Part shown: positions 12,940 to 28,491 of the stretch, piece after piece
How the letters are laid out: every line of letters begins with the position of its first letter
Numbering within the stretch: the stretch's first letter is position 1
From: Calcarisporiella thermophila CBS 279.70
Taxonomy: Eukaryota; Fungi; Calcarisporiellomycota
Assembly: GCF_041956535.1 (NCBI RefSeq)
Contig: NW_027192216.1
Span: 323,970 to 387,969, forward strand
DNA length: 64,000 nt
Direction of reading: 5' to 3'
The notes under the pieces: generated by a model
Told to the model about the DNA's origin: nothing
The model's database searches: none
Seen by the model: only the letters and a program-made list of their open reading frames with translations
Translations under genes and position numbers: made by a program

Positions 12940-15900
12940 ATGACATCCGCTGGACATCCCCCTGGTGCACCAGCAGCGCCTCCGGTAGCAGTGCCTGCTC
13001 CGCCCCCTAACACTCAGCCCATGAGTAATCTTCAAAAGCTAGCTCAGGCAAATGAGCAGGCCTGGCTACAAATGGGTATTTAGTACAAGATTATATAGTT
13101 CCCAATTGTTTTTTACTAAATTTTGCACAAACTTTAGGAACTGTCGCTGAGATCATGATGGAGTATGATCGTGCAATGAGTTGCTACGAAGCCGCCCTTA
13201 ATCATAGTCCATACTCGATCCCAGCTCTACAGCATATTGCAGCATTGTGCCGTGGCAGAGAACAATTTGGAAGAGTGCATATTTTTTAATGATTTTTTTA
13301 TCAAGTGCTATTTATTAATTCTAGCGACGAATCTAAATAGGCAATAGAGTATTTTCAACGGATCTTGCGAATTCAAGAAAATAGCGGTGAAATCTGGGGA
13401 GCACTTGGTGCGCTACATAGTATTTTTATTTTATTCAGAGAACTTAGCTGATGTTATTATGTAATTCTATTGCGTAGGCCACTGTTATCTGATGATTGAT
13501 GATCTTCAGCAGGCTTATCATGCATATCAACAGGCGTTGTATCACTTGCCAGATGCAAAAGTGAACCCCATACGTGACTTATATTTAGAAACACCATGTT
13601 TATTAATATCCTTCATTATAGGATCCTAAACTTTGGTACGGCATCGGTATTTTATATGATCGATACGGCTCACTCGAACATGCTGAAGAAGCCTTTACTG
13701 CTGTAATGCGTATGGAGCCCAAGTTTGAAAAAGCAAATGAGATCTATTTTAGACTTGGCATAATCTATAAACAACAGCAGAAATACGACCTAAGTTTACA
13801 GGTAGAAAGTTTTATCAAAGTGGCCAGATGAGGGCTTTTTTTTCTCATTTCTTTCGATTGTAGTGCTTCCGTTATATTTTGAATTCCCCCCCTAGGCCTT
13901 TGACAGAAATTGATGTATGGTTCCAGATTGGACATGTTTATGAGCAACAAAAGGAGGTAAGCATATATTTGTAGTTTAGCACACTTTGGCATTTGCATGT
14001 TCACACAATTTTTGTAGTATAATCTTGCAAAGGAAGCATATGAAAGGGTCTTACAGGAGAATCCGGACCATGCTAAAGCGTTACAGCAATTGGGGTGGCT
14101 TTATGACCAAAATGGAGCTAGTTTTGCCAACCAAGAGATGGCCATCAACTATTTGACACGCTCTCTAAAAATTGGTGAGTATTTTTCTATTATTGATATT
14201 TGGGCCTATTCTTATCTTTTTCACCCATTAATATAGATGGAAACGATGCACAGTCTTGGTACCTTTTGGGCCGATGCTATATGGCTCAGCAAAATTATAG
14301 TAAGGCATATGAAGCATACCAGCAAGCTGTATATCGAGACGGGCGCAATCCCACGTTTTGGTGTTCAATAGGTGTGCTCTATTACCAAATCAATCAGGTT
14401 TGTTGTTAGATCTCCTTGAGATGAATTATTTTGTATTGTTGTGTTTTATATATTAATCTAAATTCTATTCTCTAGTATCAAGACGCGCTGGACGCATATA
14501 GTCGTGCAATCCGTATCAATCCAATGATAAGTGAGGTGTGGTACGATTTGGGAACATTATATGAATCATGCAACAACCAACTTCAAGATGCACTCGACGC
14601 ATACCAGCGGGCGTACGAACTCGATCCTTCAAACCCACATATAAAACAACGGCTTACATTAGTTAAACAAGCTCTGCAACAAGGAGTGTGAGTATTCAAA
14701 TATAAGTATTTTATTTTTTTTTTCGCTTATTTTTATCTCATGCTCTTTAATAGGGCTCCGGCAACAGCTGCACCGATGCCCCAAGACGTTAATTTGCAAG
14801 CATATCATCAGAATGCTAACGCGGCTTCTAATGGTCCAGCACCCCACTTCAACCAGGCACCACCTGTTGGGGGGCCACCTCCTGGAACGAATGGCCCAGC
14901 CTCTGTATCAGGTCCTCCGGGTAACGGTCCTGGCGGAATAAATGCCTATCCCTTATCCAGTCGAGGCGGGGCTTTTGGAGGACCAGGTGGATCGTCTGAG
15001 AATTATTCAAGCAGCCATAGTCTACCAGCACCACTTGGTATGCCCACTACAAACCCACTTAGTCAAACTCCAGCTCCTCCGGGCCAACTCCACGCAGACT
15101 CACGTGCCCCTGAAGATACGAAATTGGCCGATTTCGATGGAAGGGCTTCTACTCCATCCGCACCTCCTCAGCAGCAACCACATCAACATGAGTTTGCCCA
15201 AGGCCCTATACATTCGCAACAACAGCAGCAACTTCAGCATGCTCCACTTCCAACGCGTCAACCTTATACCAAAACACCTAGGCCTGATGGGCTTGCGTCG
15301 CCTCATATCTCACATATGCAACAAGATCGGCGCTTGGGCTCTCCTACCCCTTCGCAAGCTGCTGCTCGTGGTGGCGTATCACAACATAATTCTCGTGCCA
15401 GCTCTCCCCATATTCCTCCAAACACAGTTTCGCACAGTCACCCTTATGACTCGCCACGCCTTCAAGAAATCCCGCGAATTGCACATAAAGGGTATGAGCA
15501 GCAACAGCAAGCTCCAGAAATTGCAACTGCTAGAGATCGCGAAGCCATCACATCAACTACTCCTACTTTATCAGAAGGTCGTCAGATCGCAGGAATGGGA
15601 CCAGAGGCACTTGGTGAATCGGCACCAAATGAAAGACGGTTTATTTCAGCTATGGCTGATTCTAATGACGAACGTAAGTCTACTTCGGCAGTCGATCAAT
15701 CTCAACAGTTATTACGGCCAATTGAGGTCAGAGAAGAGAACACAGGAGAATCGGATACAATGGCAATCGACCAAAATGATTCCGCGGAAAAATCTGAGTT
15801 CGAACCCTCTGCAGCTTCAACTATTAAACACGAAAAGGCTGAAGTAGAAGAAAAGCTCCCTGGCATGAGGACCAGTGATGACCAATCTAACGATCTCGGA

Positions 15901-16266
15901 GAGGTGGATGTTCCTCCTCCAACAATGTCGTCTCGCACCGTTGACGAAGATTATGATGAGAATGAGACAAGTGAGACGGTTGAGACATCAGGCACTGCCG
16001 CAACCTCTGCCCCTAATGTGTACGGTGCCAATACAGTGAATGCGAGAAAACGATCATTGAGCGCGGGACCACCTGATTCTTTAGCTAAGCGGTCGAAGCC
16101 TTCTGAAACTGTATCTAAAAATGGAGAAAATGAAGAGGACGAGGAGATTGTAGAAGAAGAGGGATCGGTTGGTGATAACACAGCTGAAAAGAAGAGTATG
16201 AGAGTTGAGGCAGAAATGGAAACTAACGGAAAAGATTCTTTAGCAGAAAAAGAAAGGGCAAATTAA
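12940..16266 (+). CDS. SSN6: Ssn6/Cyc8 TPR general transcriptional corepressor; multi-exon
   Basis: TPRs ANEQAWLQMG, LWYGIGILYDRYGSLEHAEEAF, DAQSWYLLGRCYM and YQQAVYRDGRNPTFWCSIGVLYYQINQY; long P/Q-rich then acidic tail. Confidence 0.95.
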
Positions 16267-16605
16267 ATTTATGGATAATTTCTATACAAATATTTTCTTT
16301 TTACCTAGTGATATTTCTTGTTATTTTATTGCTTAGCTTTATCTTTACTATTTTTATAACACGCGTAAGTTTCCCCTTCTTTCCCTTTAAATTCTTTTCG
16401 TTTGGATTATTTGGCCTATTGGATTATTTTCTTTGGATGTATGTGAATTACTATGATTATAATTATCTAAAAGAAAATTTTTCATTCGTTAACACCTAAG
16501 AAATGGTGCCATTTTTAGGTTTAAATTAATTGTCGGCAGCAAAGAAATCCTATTTTGTTCAAATATAAATTATAAATAAACAAACTTTAAGAGAAATTAA
16601 TCCAA

Positions 16606-18938
<2,333 letters not shown>

Positions 18939-19356
18939 TACAGAAAGGAGTGAAGCCGAGATGCTTTATGTTTTCAATCAAAGATGGATCTGATATCCAC
19001 GGACAACCACCTGGAGAAAGAGTTTAAATCAATTCTGGGTAAGTAGAATTGTGACTGTCTTTTCATCCAACGTGTGTATGAATTCTGCGGATGAAAAATA
19101 CATAAGGGGTTGTATAATATACATCCGCCATACCTTTCAATGTATATTCTTGAAATATACGTTAAGCTGCTCTTTCCTTTTCTTTCTGCGTGTTAACTAC
19201 CTTATAATTTTCTCATCTCGTATCCGGGTCCTATATTAATCTGAATAATTCAAGGTGGCTTGGTTTACCAACTATTACGGAAAATACCTAGAACGCGTTC
19301 TACAGTTTTGAACATAATCATAGCACCTCGTTCATTCGGATGATGTACTTTGATCC

Positions 19357-22300
19357 ATGACATTAGTAAAAAAGAACGAAAAACTAGAAGGTAGGATTAA
19401 ACTAAAGTAATGGTTTATACTACTGGACTTGTTTTCAATTTTAACGGTTTTCTGAGCGACTATGATAACCTAACTCTCGATCGAATTGATTCTGGGCCTT
19501 GATGTTAACTATTGAACTCTCTAATTTATTGTATTAATATAGATTATAAGCGTGATTCTCGCTACAAAAAATATGTCCAACTTGTAGAGAAAAATCTTCA
19601 GACTTTCGAAAACATCACCGAGTGGGCCGATCTTATTGCATTTCTTGGCCGACTTCTAAAGGTGAACATCTACCCATATTATTGCCAAGCTATAACATAA
19701 CTGAAATTCTGACTTTTAATTTTCAGACGTTTCAGGCGTTTCCCCAATTTGAAGTTATCCCAAGGAAGCTTACGGTCGCTAAGAGATTGGCCCAATGCCT
19801 GAATCCTGCTCTCCCTGCGGGAGTACATCAAAAGACCCTGGAGGTTTATGAATATATTTTCCAGACAATAGGGGTAAGATTTACACATCATGATTGATAT
19901 GAATGCCACTAATATTGGAGAATTCAGGCAGATCAGCTCGCTGATGATCTTGCGCTATATTCAAGTGGCCTATTCCCGTTCGTACAATATGCTGCGATGT
20001 CAGTAAAGGTTTGTAAGCTCATCTTTTAGCTGCTAGAATAAATGTGCCTCATGTTCAGTTAATATAAATTTTTTAATCGGTTTATAGCCACAGCTTTTGA
20101 GCCTCTTCGAAACATACTATTTCCCACTTCACACGCAGTTGAAACCAATCTTGAAAAGTTTAATTATAGCACTTCTACCGGTCATTGAGGAAGAAAATGG
20201 TGAATTTTTTGACAGAGTGGTATCACTATTGGACCATCTGTCGCAAACTATCACCATGTCCTACTTCTATCAGTGTATGTGGCTCGTTATGATTACCTCT
20301 GCGCAACTCCGGGGGCCAGTGCTTAATTATTTAATTCGGCGAGCCCCCTCAATGGACTCTCTGGAAGGTATTTAATATACAAGCTTCCATCGTTACATTT
20401 CTCAATCTAACGGAAAAATATCTAGATAGGGCATGTTTTCTGGGAGATGATGCAGGTCTGATGGTGCGTGCCTTTTCTGCAACCTTAGGCGATTCAAATA
20501 TATTGGTGCAGCGTTCTATGTTAGAGTTGCTTGTAATACAGTTTCCTCTCTCCAAACAGTAAGTTTCAATATTTTATTATCTGTGCTAATTATTTATTAA
20601 TATGTTAAATTTTAATTTTGTTAGAATCATAAAGCACCATGATCTTACATTGCTAATGAAAGCTGCACTGGGAGTTGTCTTGCGCAAGGACATGTCTTTA
20701 AACCGACGCTTGTATGGCTGGCTTTTGGGACCACATGATCAAAATAATCAACAACAAGAATATTTTTCGAAATATGCACGCGAGCCTCTCACCATAGCTC
20801 TTCGGCGTCTTTTCTTCGCAGCTGAAGGTGATCTCGCAGAAGGTCAAAGACCTTACAAGATAATCGTTTCGCTTATGGATCGTGGCGAAATTGGTCAGCC
20901 TATTGTACAGGATTTAATTGTAGACGTACTGCAAAGTTTACGTGGTCATATCTCAAAAAGCGAATTTGGACCGGGTCTCCTTCCAACGGCAAATATGTTT
21001 GTAGAAATGGTGACACCCTACTTGTTCTGGATGAAGTTGTTCAATCTTATGGACGAAAACTTTCCGAGTTCAGCTTCTGCAAATACCTTAGTAAGCATTT
21101 CCCGACTCTCAAAAGCCAACATGCTTATTGACCAGATAAACCCATATTATAGCCTTTGGATTTGATAGAGTTCGTCCTCGATACATTCAAATTATTAGAA
21201 GAGGAAATTCAGCTCCTGCATATGCCTTTACTCTTATTGGCAATTGTGTGCAAAATTGAGGTAATTCAGTAATTCTTTAACAGCATCTCCCAATCTTATC
21301 TAACTCCCCTTTTATCTGTTTGCCAGAAAACCGCAAATCACCCGGATTTTAACGACCTTTTACCCCAGATAGAACGGGCACTTACCGTTAGTATTAAACT
21401 GCTGCGACGAATGCCCGAAAACGTATTCAAAGAACAGTCTGAGACTTTTGAACCTGAGATTGAGCCTGGCCAAGACAACTCCGATTCTGAGAGCAAGTTG
21501 CACAATCACTCCTCAGAAAGCGAAGTAGACGTCGATAAAGGGTTGGTCAATAGTAAAGATACAAGTGGGGCTCGCTTCTTTAAACGAGGTTCTAATGCCC
21601 TCGAGTACATTCGAGATGTGTACACCCCTTGCGCTGGCGGCAACTATGAGTTTGGTGGGATACGAGGCGCAGTACTTATTAAAGAACTGCTACAGCATTT
21701 GCAAATATTTTTGAGAGAACTGGCCAGCCAGAAGGTACTTACTTGCTCTGCAGAAGAACAAAGAAAGGTTTCGGCGGTGATGCAGAAAGCATGTACATTA
21801 TTGGACGGGGTTTCAACGCATGCCATAGATTCTCAAACCCTTGTTGTTGGCCAAGATAGACGATGGTTGGAAGTACTACTTGAATGCTGTTATCGAGCAC
21901 AGGACTTTAGTTTATTGAATGCTGCGCTTTCGCTGGTTATTGACCTAGTGAGCAAAAAACAACTACCCTCCCTAAGCGTGTGGGCACGGGAACAGGTGCG
22001 CAAAATTATGGATCGCCTTTGGTCGTGGCTCTCGCCTGAATATATTTCTCTTCATCCCCGCATTGTGCAACTCATTTGGCAACTTCATGCAGCGACCCAT
22101 TTCCATCACATTGAAACACTCATTGCAGGTTATTTGGTCAACCAAGATACAAAGCAGCGACTCAAAGATTATGAATGTTTCTCGATTTTAGTGCAGCTGT
22201 CTGAGAATGTCGAAGATTTAAGCCGTGCTCTCGCCCGACCTATGTTCCTTATGCTTGACACGCTACGCGATGACAATCCTACTAACCGGCGTGCTGGAGA

Positions 22301-25300
22301 GTCTTGGTTGCGCACACATCTCAAATCTCATGCCCGTCTGCTTGACCCGATAATTCAAATCTTACAGCACCCATCTATTTGTCGAAGACAAACGACCGCT
22401 ACCCTTGATGACGAAACTATATCCTTTTATTACTACGAGAAGAACTTTAACCAAACCGAGGTACTCTATGCCCTAGAGACATTGTTAACAATATGTCGTT
22501 TTGGAGGACAATCTTTCTTGAGATCTACGCGTGTCCACAGTGCTAGCTTATCCCCTGGCAACATATCTTTGGATGACATGAAGGCGAGGGAGGCACCACA
22601 CGGCTACACGTCTTATTTTGAATGCATGGTTATGAATGCCTTAAAGTAAGCTCACTACCCTTTGAGCCGAGTTTTGAAGTTTTTTTTACCATTTTCTACA
22701 TTAGATTGCTCGAAAGCGAGGTGTCTGAGTCGTTTATTTCCTCCATGGGTCTCACCAACGAGTCCATTCAAATTACAGCAACAGATCTGCTACATTTCTT
22801 TGCAACCAAGTCTGAGTTCATGGATTTGGCGCTGGTTCAACAGGCATACGAAGTGACGCTGCGAAAATTACTTTTTTGCATTTCCGTATCACGACTGGAC
22901 CTCCAAACTCGTCTGCTCTTCCTGCTTCATGCGACTTCCTCCCTCTTATCTCGAGCGGAGAGACGCCGTAAAAATTCAGCTGCCACTGCCGACCATCCCG
23001 ATGAAGATGGAGAATTGGCTACATCTTTTACTCTATCTACGCCCATGGACGCTGCAAGCTCTCCACTTCTGATTAAATGTCTGATAAACGCACTTTCCAT
23101 GCCTTCAAACCGGCCCCTCTTGCAGCACTGGCTTGATTTTGTAGTTTCCTGCCTTTCTTTCTGGAGTCATGCTTTTAAACGCATACTACTTCCATTGATG
23201 CAATGCTTGAGCGACCAACTGGTGCGCTGTTTCCAAGATATGCAGGCCCATTTGGAATATGGTGCACCAACCTGCTCAGAAGAAGACATGGTGGGGCTCC
23301 TGATGTGTTTCGAAAGAGTGCTATTATTTTGCCTTGTCGAGGGTCGCATCGACGAGACCAATGCTTCTATGAGTGTAGGGGCCTCTACCGATTCGAGGGC
23401 ATCTTCATTACCTCTTGGCATCTCTGAAGGGACGGGAGGGCTAAGATCCTTAGCTGGGTATCTGTTTTCGGCTGACTCAGGGAATGATTCGAATGTGCAG
23501 GAAAATAAGGTTTGAAGAGGCATACATCAATGATTTGATTCATATAATAATCTAACATTGGCCTATTCTATCTCAGCTCCAGGCACGCGAAACCATTCTC
23601 TACCACCTTCCCACTACACTTCAAATCCTACTAGATATCTGGTCCATCTTCGAACCCCCCAATCAAATTGAGAGCCCATCCCTAAGGGAGCGTGTCCATT
23701 TCCGTATCCGCAGACTTCTAGAGCGTACTTATAAAAACTCGCCCGCCGATACCGTAGAGGCGTTCGTGGAAATGTGGCTCGGCGAAAACACGGTTTCACT
23801 GATAACCGGAGATTCCGCAGAGAAGCATGAAAAATCAAGTATCGTCATTACGGTTATGAACTCGATACCAGCCCTCTCCCCACAAGCTGTCATTGTTTCC
23901 CTACTGGATTCCGTTCGGTTGAGGTCGCCGGTTACTCAGTCTTCAAGTCGATCAAGGAGAAATATTTTGCGAGCTGGCAAATTATCGGATATCTCGGTCA
24001 TGCGGTTTCTTGAACAATACTGTAGCAATACATCTCGTGAAGTTGTTATGGACGTCTGGCCCCAATGCCTTGGGTTTGTAAAAGAGTTCGTGGCAAATGC
24101 CTCTCAATGCAAGCACTTCTTTCCTGGACTGTTACGTTTCATGACCATCATGATGGATAAACTCAGCATGGGCCCCTTGTGGGAAGATAAGAAAGTTCGA
24201 CGCGATGCTCAGGTAATTGCTGGCTAATCGGTTTACAAAGCTATTGCAAGCATTCAATCTCAACGTGCTGGAAATTTTTTTAGGACCAATATCAGCGTAT
24301 GCTAGATTATTGCATTTTAATTTCAGGCAAATCCTTTGATCAAGGGATCTGGTTGCGACGATCGAATTATGAGGATGAACAGGAAGTATCCTCGGATCCT
24401 GGCGTGGAAATCTCGGAAACTGCAGAGAAGGATCAGACAATAACACCAAACGCCAGCACCCCCGATCTTGAGAAGCGCACCCTTTCATCAAAATATAAAG
24501 AGGATCTCACAATTCAGCAGGTATATTTGGCTCGCTTGACTCGTATTTTGTAATCGAGGTATTAACCGTTCCAATCCAACACTAGATCAACCTCTATTTT
24601 GCCCAAACAGTTATTGGCTTACTCCGCAGGTTGCTTATCGACCCTGACAAGATTAACGCTGTTCTCTCGAATCTCATGTACTACGTTGTGACTCCTCAGT
24701 TGAAGACGCGGGTTACTGGGTAAGAATGAACTCCCATGTATCGCTGGCGTATGCAGCTTACATATCACATACTTTAAAGGGGAGGCAAGGGTAATTATCT
24801 CATTCCGGATATGCTTTCTGAGATATCCTCCATTCCCTTTGCGTACCGAACGTGGCGCAAGGAAATCTGGGACACTTTCCTTGACAATAAATTCTTTGTT
24901 ATGGACGCTTCTGGTGCACAAAAGTGGAAGCACTTGATTCAGTGCGTTATGCAATCGGAGAAGGAGCGCTTTGCTGAGTTAATCGGTCGCATCAGCACCA
25001 CTCCCTCGACAACTGCTCTATTCTCTAACCGTGAGCAAGAGGAACTTAACCGCTCCTTGAACCTACGCCGCCTGAGCTTCATCTTGTACTGCGGAGAAAA
25101 AGATCAGTATTTGCCGCGTTTGCCGAGCATCTTGGAAAAATTGGTCGACCTATTCCGACTGAACCAAATTGAGCCTGCCCACGTCGAGGTAAATACGATT
25201 GTGGGCCTTCTCGTAGGGAAGAGTTACTGAACTGAAATATACATGCGTGTGAATAGCTCTACCTCTGTTTGCGTGTGCTACTTATGCGAATTTCGCACCA

Positions 25301-25928
25301 CCATTTGAGCAATTTCTGGCCTACTGTATTGACTGAACTGGTAAGGAGAGAGTCTCTTGATGTCTGATCGAATATACTGCTAACATGGGGTTTAGCTGCG
25401 TTTCTTTGATATTGTTCTCCAAAACGATACTCTGCATCGGCCTGAAGATTTACGAGTTTTCCTTGCTGCGTGTAAATTTTTGGATTTGACCTTTACCCTG
25501 CAAATCGAGGCATTGCAAATGTAAGCTTCCCCTGACTCGCATTCTTTCCCCTAACTCACATTCTGATGGTTACTCTTGGCTAACGCATTGGTTTTGCACC
25601 ATGTATCAGTCACCAATGGATATTTATTGATGATACGGTGGACTCTCTGGACGAGACACCCCACGCACTACTCGACTGTATTGCCAACAAATTTTCCGAC
25701 TCCAACCTTCCCGCCACCAACATGGACGTAGCCCCTTCCCCAGGCGAGCTCAAACGCCCGTTGCTCACCATGCGTCAAGTCACGAATGTGCGCGAACTCT
25801 GCTTCTTCTTGAAGCACATCAGTCTTTATGTGCATCAATCCATTTTCACCCTTGCCCCGCCTGATCTGACATTTATCGAGGAGCTAATATTGGGCGATTT
25901 ACTAGATGAAGAGAGCACGGAGAGTTAG
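19357..25928 (+). CDS. DOP1: Dopey family Golgi/endosome trafficking protein; multi-exon
   Basis: Dopey_N motifs EWADLIAFL, AKRLAQCLNPALPAGVHQKTLEVY and LRKDMSLNRRLYGWLLG; C-terminal LRRLSFILY and FWP...TEL. Confidence 0.95.
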
Positions 25929-26876
25929 TGCCACCGTCTATCCGGATGACTCTTATTTTTTTTATTTGTTTTCAGAAAGCGTGACGGGTGTTTCGTTTTT
26001 TTTTTTTCACCCATATCCATTCTTTTTTGCCTTATGATTATCCTCACTTATCTTTCGCTTCCTTATTTTAATTTTCTATTTGTGATGTAGATTTCTGACT
26101 TCGCTTTTTTGTTACTAAAATCCTGAACCAGACTGCTTATCAACTTTTGAAGCAAATGTTCCTTTTGCGTGCGAGGAGCTTATTGTGAAAATCTTCCTTT
26201 TCACCACGATTTAGGGAATGAACACCGTCTAGCTAAAAATAAGAAGCATTTCTTGGTGATATGTCGCTGAAACCAGTAGGATATCGAATCACCTTATGTA
26301 CAAACACCCCTTGACGAAAAAAACAAGAAAAAGGAAAAAAAAACGGAGAGTAAAAATATGGTGGGGGTGCAAAAAAATACAAGAATTGAACAACTATACT
26401 ACGAGAAAAATGGGGGGTTTGGATACATGTTGAAAGCATTTTTTACCAAACAAACTTCCAACCTATTGCTTCAGTCACACCTCTTCTCTAACTCAGCTTT
26501 TTCACCCTCACTGGTGACGGAATACCACAAGATCCCCTGCCATTCATATCCTAGGTGCTGATTTGGAATTATGTCGCCCTGCGTTACGATATCGAGGACA
26601 ACCTGGGCACAGCAAAATGCTCTAGATAGTTAAAAGGTGGATGCCAATACCTCAAGCGGATCAAATTGAGTTTCTTCAACTACTAATACATTCTATTGCT
26701 AAGTAAGAATCCTAAATAAATACACTAGATTACGCAATAAACATTAGTATAGTATGAATATAAGTTTAAAGATGGGTAGAATGTTATTCGCTCTATGGTG
26801 GGCTGATTTTTCGGCCCAGTAGTTATTTTGATTATATTATAATGTTTTCTACATCCCAAAATTCGCAGATTAGTGA

Positions 26877-26958
26877 GTCGCTTTGGCGGAGTGGTTAACG
26901 CGGTGCCCTGCTAAGGCATTGTCCTTTGGACGCGCAGGTTCGAATCCTGCAGGCGACG
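26877..26958 (+). tRNA. tRNA-Ser (anticodon GCT), intronless
   Basis: Acceptor stem GTCGCTT/AGGCGAC plus G discriminator; anticodon arm GTGCC-CTGCTAA-GGCAT; long variable arm GTCC-TTT-GGAC; T arm GCAGG-TTCGAAT-CCTGC; T5 Pol III terminator just downstream. Confidence 0.97.
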
Positions 26959-27147
26959 AAAAATTTTTGAAAATGAATTTTCAATCTTTTTTTTTTTTTG
27001 GGGGGGGGATCTACGGTCTTTTAGAGAAGGTATATTTAGACTGAGTTAATCAAAGAGGACAAAATGTACATAAAAGTCGAAATGGACCAACGCAAACGAA
27101 TACAAACATTGATATAGGTTACAAATATACAGCTCCAAATTAGGAAA

Positions 27148-28491
27148 TTAATGTTTGGTAAACTGATCTAGGACGATAATGACAACCTCTCCCTCCCATC
27201 TCCTCGCCAGCTTTTCCCAGTCCCCGGCACGCTGAATCCGCTGCTTCACCAAACGGCCACTGGTGTTGCACCTCCAATAACAGCCCATCCTACTCCGTTG
27301 GTCTCGACGGGACCCTGTTAGCCGTTGCAGCTGAAAGCGAATGTGCTCCTGTAGAACTCTGAAGCCATGGACATCACGGGTAAGGCGGAGAAGCAGAGCT
27401 GTATCGGGATCAAGCAAAACACGAACGCTAACCGGGGGCGCAGGAGGAGGCTTTTCGGTGGGGGGTGGGGGAGGGGCGAGGGGCAGAGACGGTAGGGAGT
27501 GTCGTGGGATTCGGTAGAGGGGTACCTGGGATTGGGCCGATGGAAAGGAGCGCGGTTCACACATGGACTTGTTTCTTGCAAAGCCATCTGATGGGACCGC
27601 AGGCATATCGCCGGGGTTGCTGGGATAATGGTCGCGCTTCTCGTGGATGGTTTCGGCGCAACTCCACCCATTAAACAAAGGCGATTCGAACACAAGCTGG
27701 GCAGGTGGTCGGAAATCGTCATCGTCCTCCTCGTCTGTATCGAAGTCGGATCCAGCGTCGGAGAGCTCGACCTGCGGGTCCGAGAAGGAGCCCTTCCCAT
27801 GGCTCAATTTTGAAATAGAGGAGTGGTCCTCAGAGGAGGAGACTGAGAGACTGCACCCAACGACCTCACTGCTGTATTCACTGCTTGGGGAGGATTCGCA
27901 GTGTGGTTTGCGTACCTTTAGGTCCATCGTTGGAGGTATACGTTTGTCGAACAGCGCTGTGTCCACGGTATCGCCAACGGCACTCTCCTCATTCTGCGGG
28001 GGCTGCGACTCACCCTTGCCCCTGTCCTTATTCTCGTCCAGTTGGTTCAGCTCGAAGAAATTCCTAACCAGAGGCAGCCTGGTTAAGGCGTCCTCTGAGC
28101 AGAGGATCCGCTCTGCTATCGCATTCCACTCCTGTGCTCTCCGCTTCCTTCCCCCCTTCACTCCGAGCCATTCAATCAATCTTCCACTAATACGCCTATT
28201 GTTCCCGACATCGAGAAGCTTCTCGACCGAATCGGTTGTCTTGGTGCGCAAGGCGATCTCGCGAGACAAAATCTGAGTGAAGTAGATCAGCTCTGCATCG
28301 CCTCGATAGATGGAGTAGGAGACGTGGCCTTTTCGGAGTTGAATTTTATAATGCATAGAAGAGATGGCCTCAACATGGACCGTAATGCTTAGGCTTTCTG
28401 ATATGATCTTGGTGGTGCCGGAACGAGGGACGAGTATGGAGCGGGGCTCGGGGAGAGGAACTGAACCCACAGGCAGAATATGTGCAAGCAT
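27148..28491 (-). CDS. Hypothetical protein with PX-like N-terminal region, acidic/Pro-rich linker and PB1-like C-terminus
   Basis: Uninterrupted 447-aa ORF. YKIQL...YSIYR...L...L and ...LVRNFF resemble a PX domain; PPPPP tract; VSVRV...LLLRL...F..L...I and a terminal beta strand resemble PB1. Domain calls are weak. Confidence 0.6.
   Translation of the reverse strand: MLAHILPVGSVPLPEPRSILVPRSGTTKIISESLSITVHVEAISSMHYKIQLRKGHVSYSIYRGDAELIYFTQILSREIALRTKTTDSVEKLLDVGNNRRISGRLIEWLGVKGGRKRRAQEWNAIAERILCSEDALTRLPLVRNFFELNQLDENKDRGKGESQPPQNEESAVGDTVDTALFDKRIPPTMDLKVRKPHCESSPSSEYSSEVVGCSLSVSSSEDHSSISKLSHGKGSFSDPQVELSDAGSDFDTDEEDDDDFRPPAQLVFESPLFNGWSCAETIHEKRDHYPSNPGDMPAVPSDGFARNKSMCEPRSFPSAQSQVPLYRIPRHSLPSLPLAPPPPPTEKPPPAPPVSVRVLLDPDTALLLRLTRDVHGFRVLQEHIRFQLQRLTGSRRDQRSRMGCYWRCNTSGRLVKQRIQRAGDWEKLARRWEGEVVIIVLDQFTKH

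Noticed and set aside
14942-15847. 301-aa alternative-frame ORF within SSN6
   Set aside because: Overlaps a low-complexity exon and has no motifs; likely a shadow frame.
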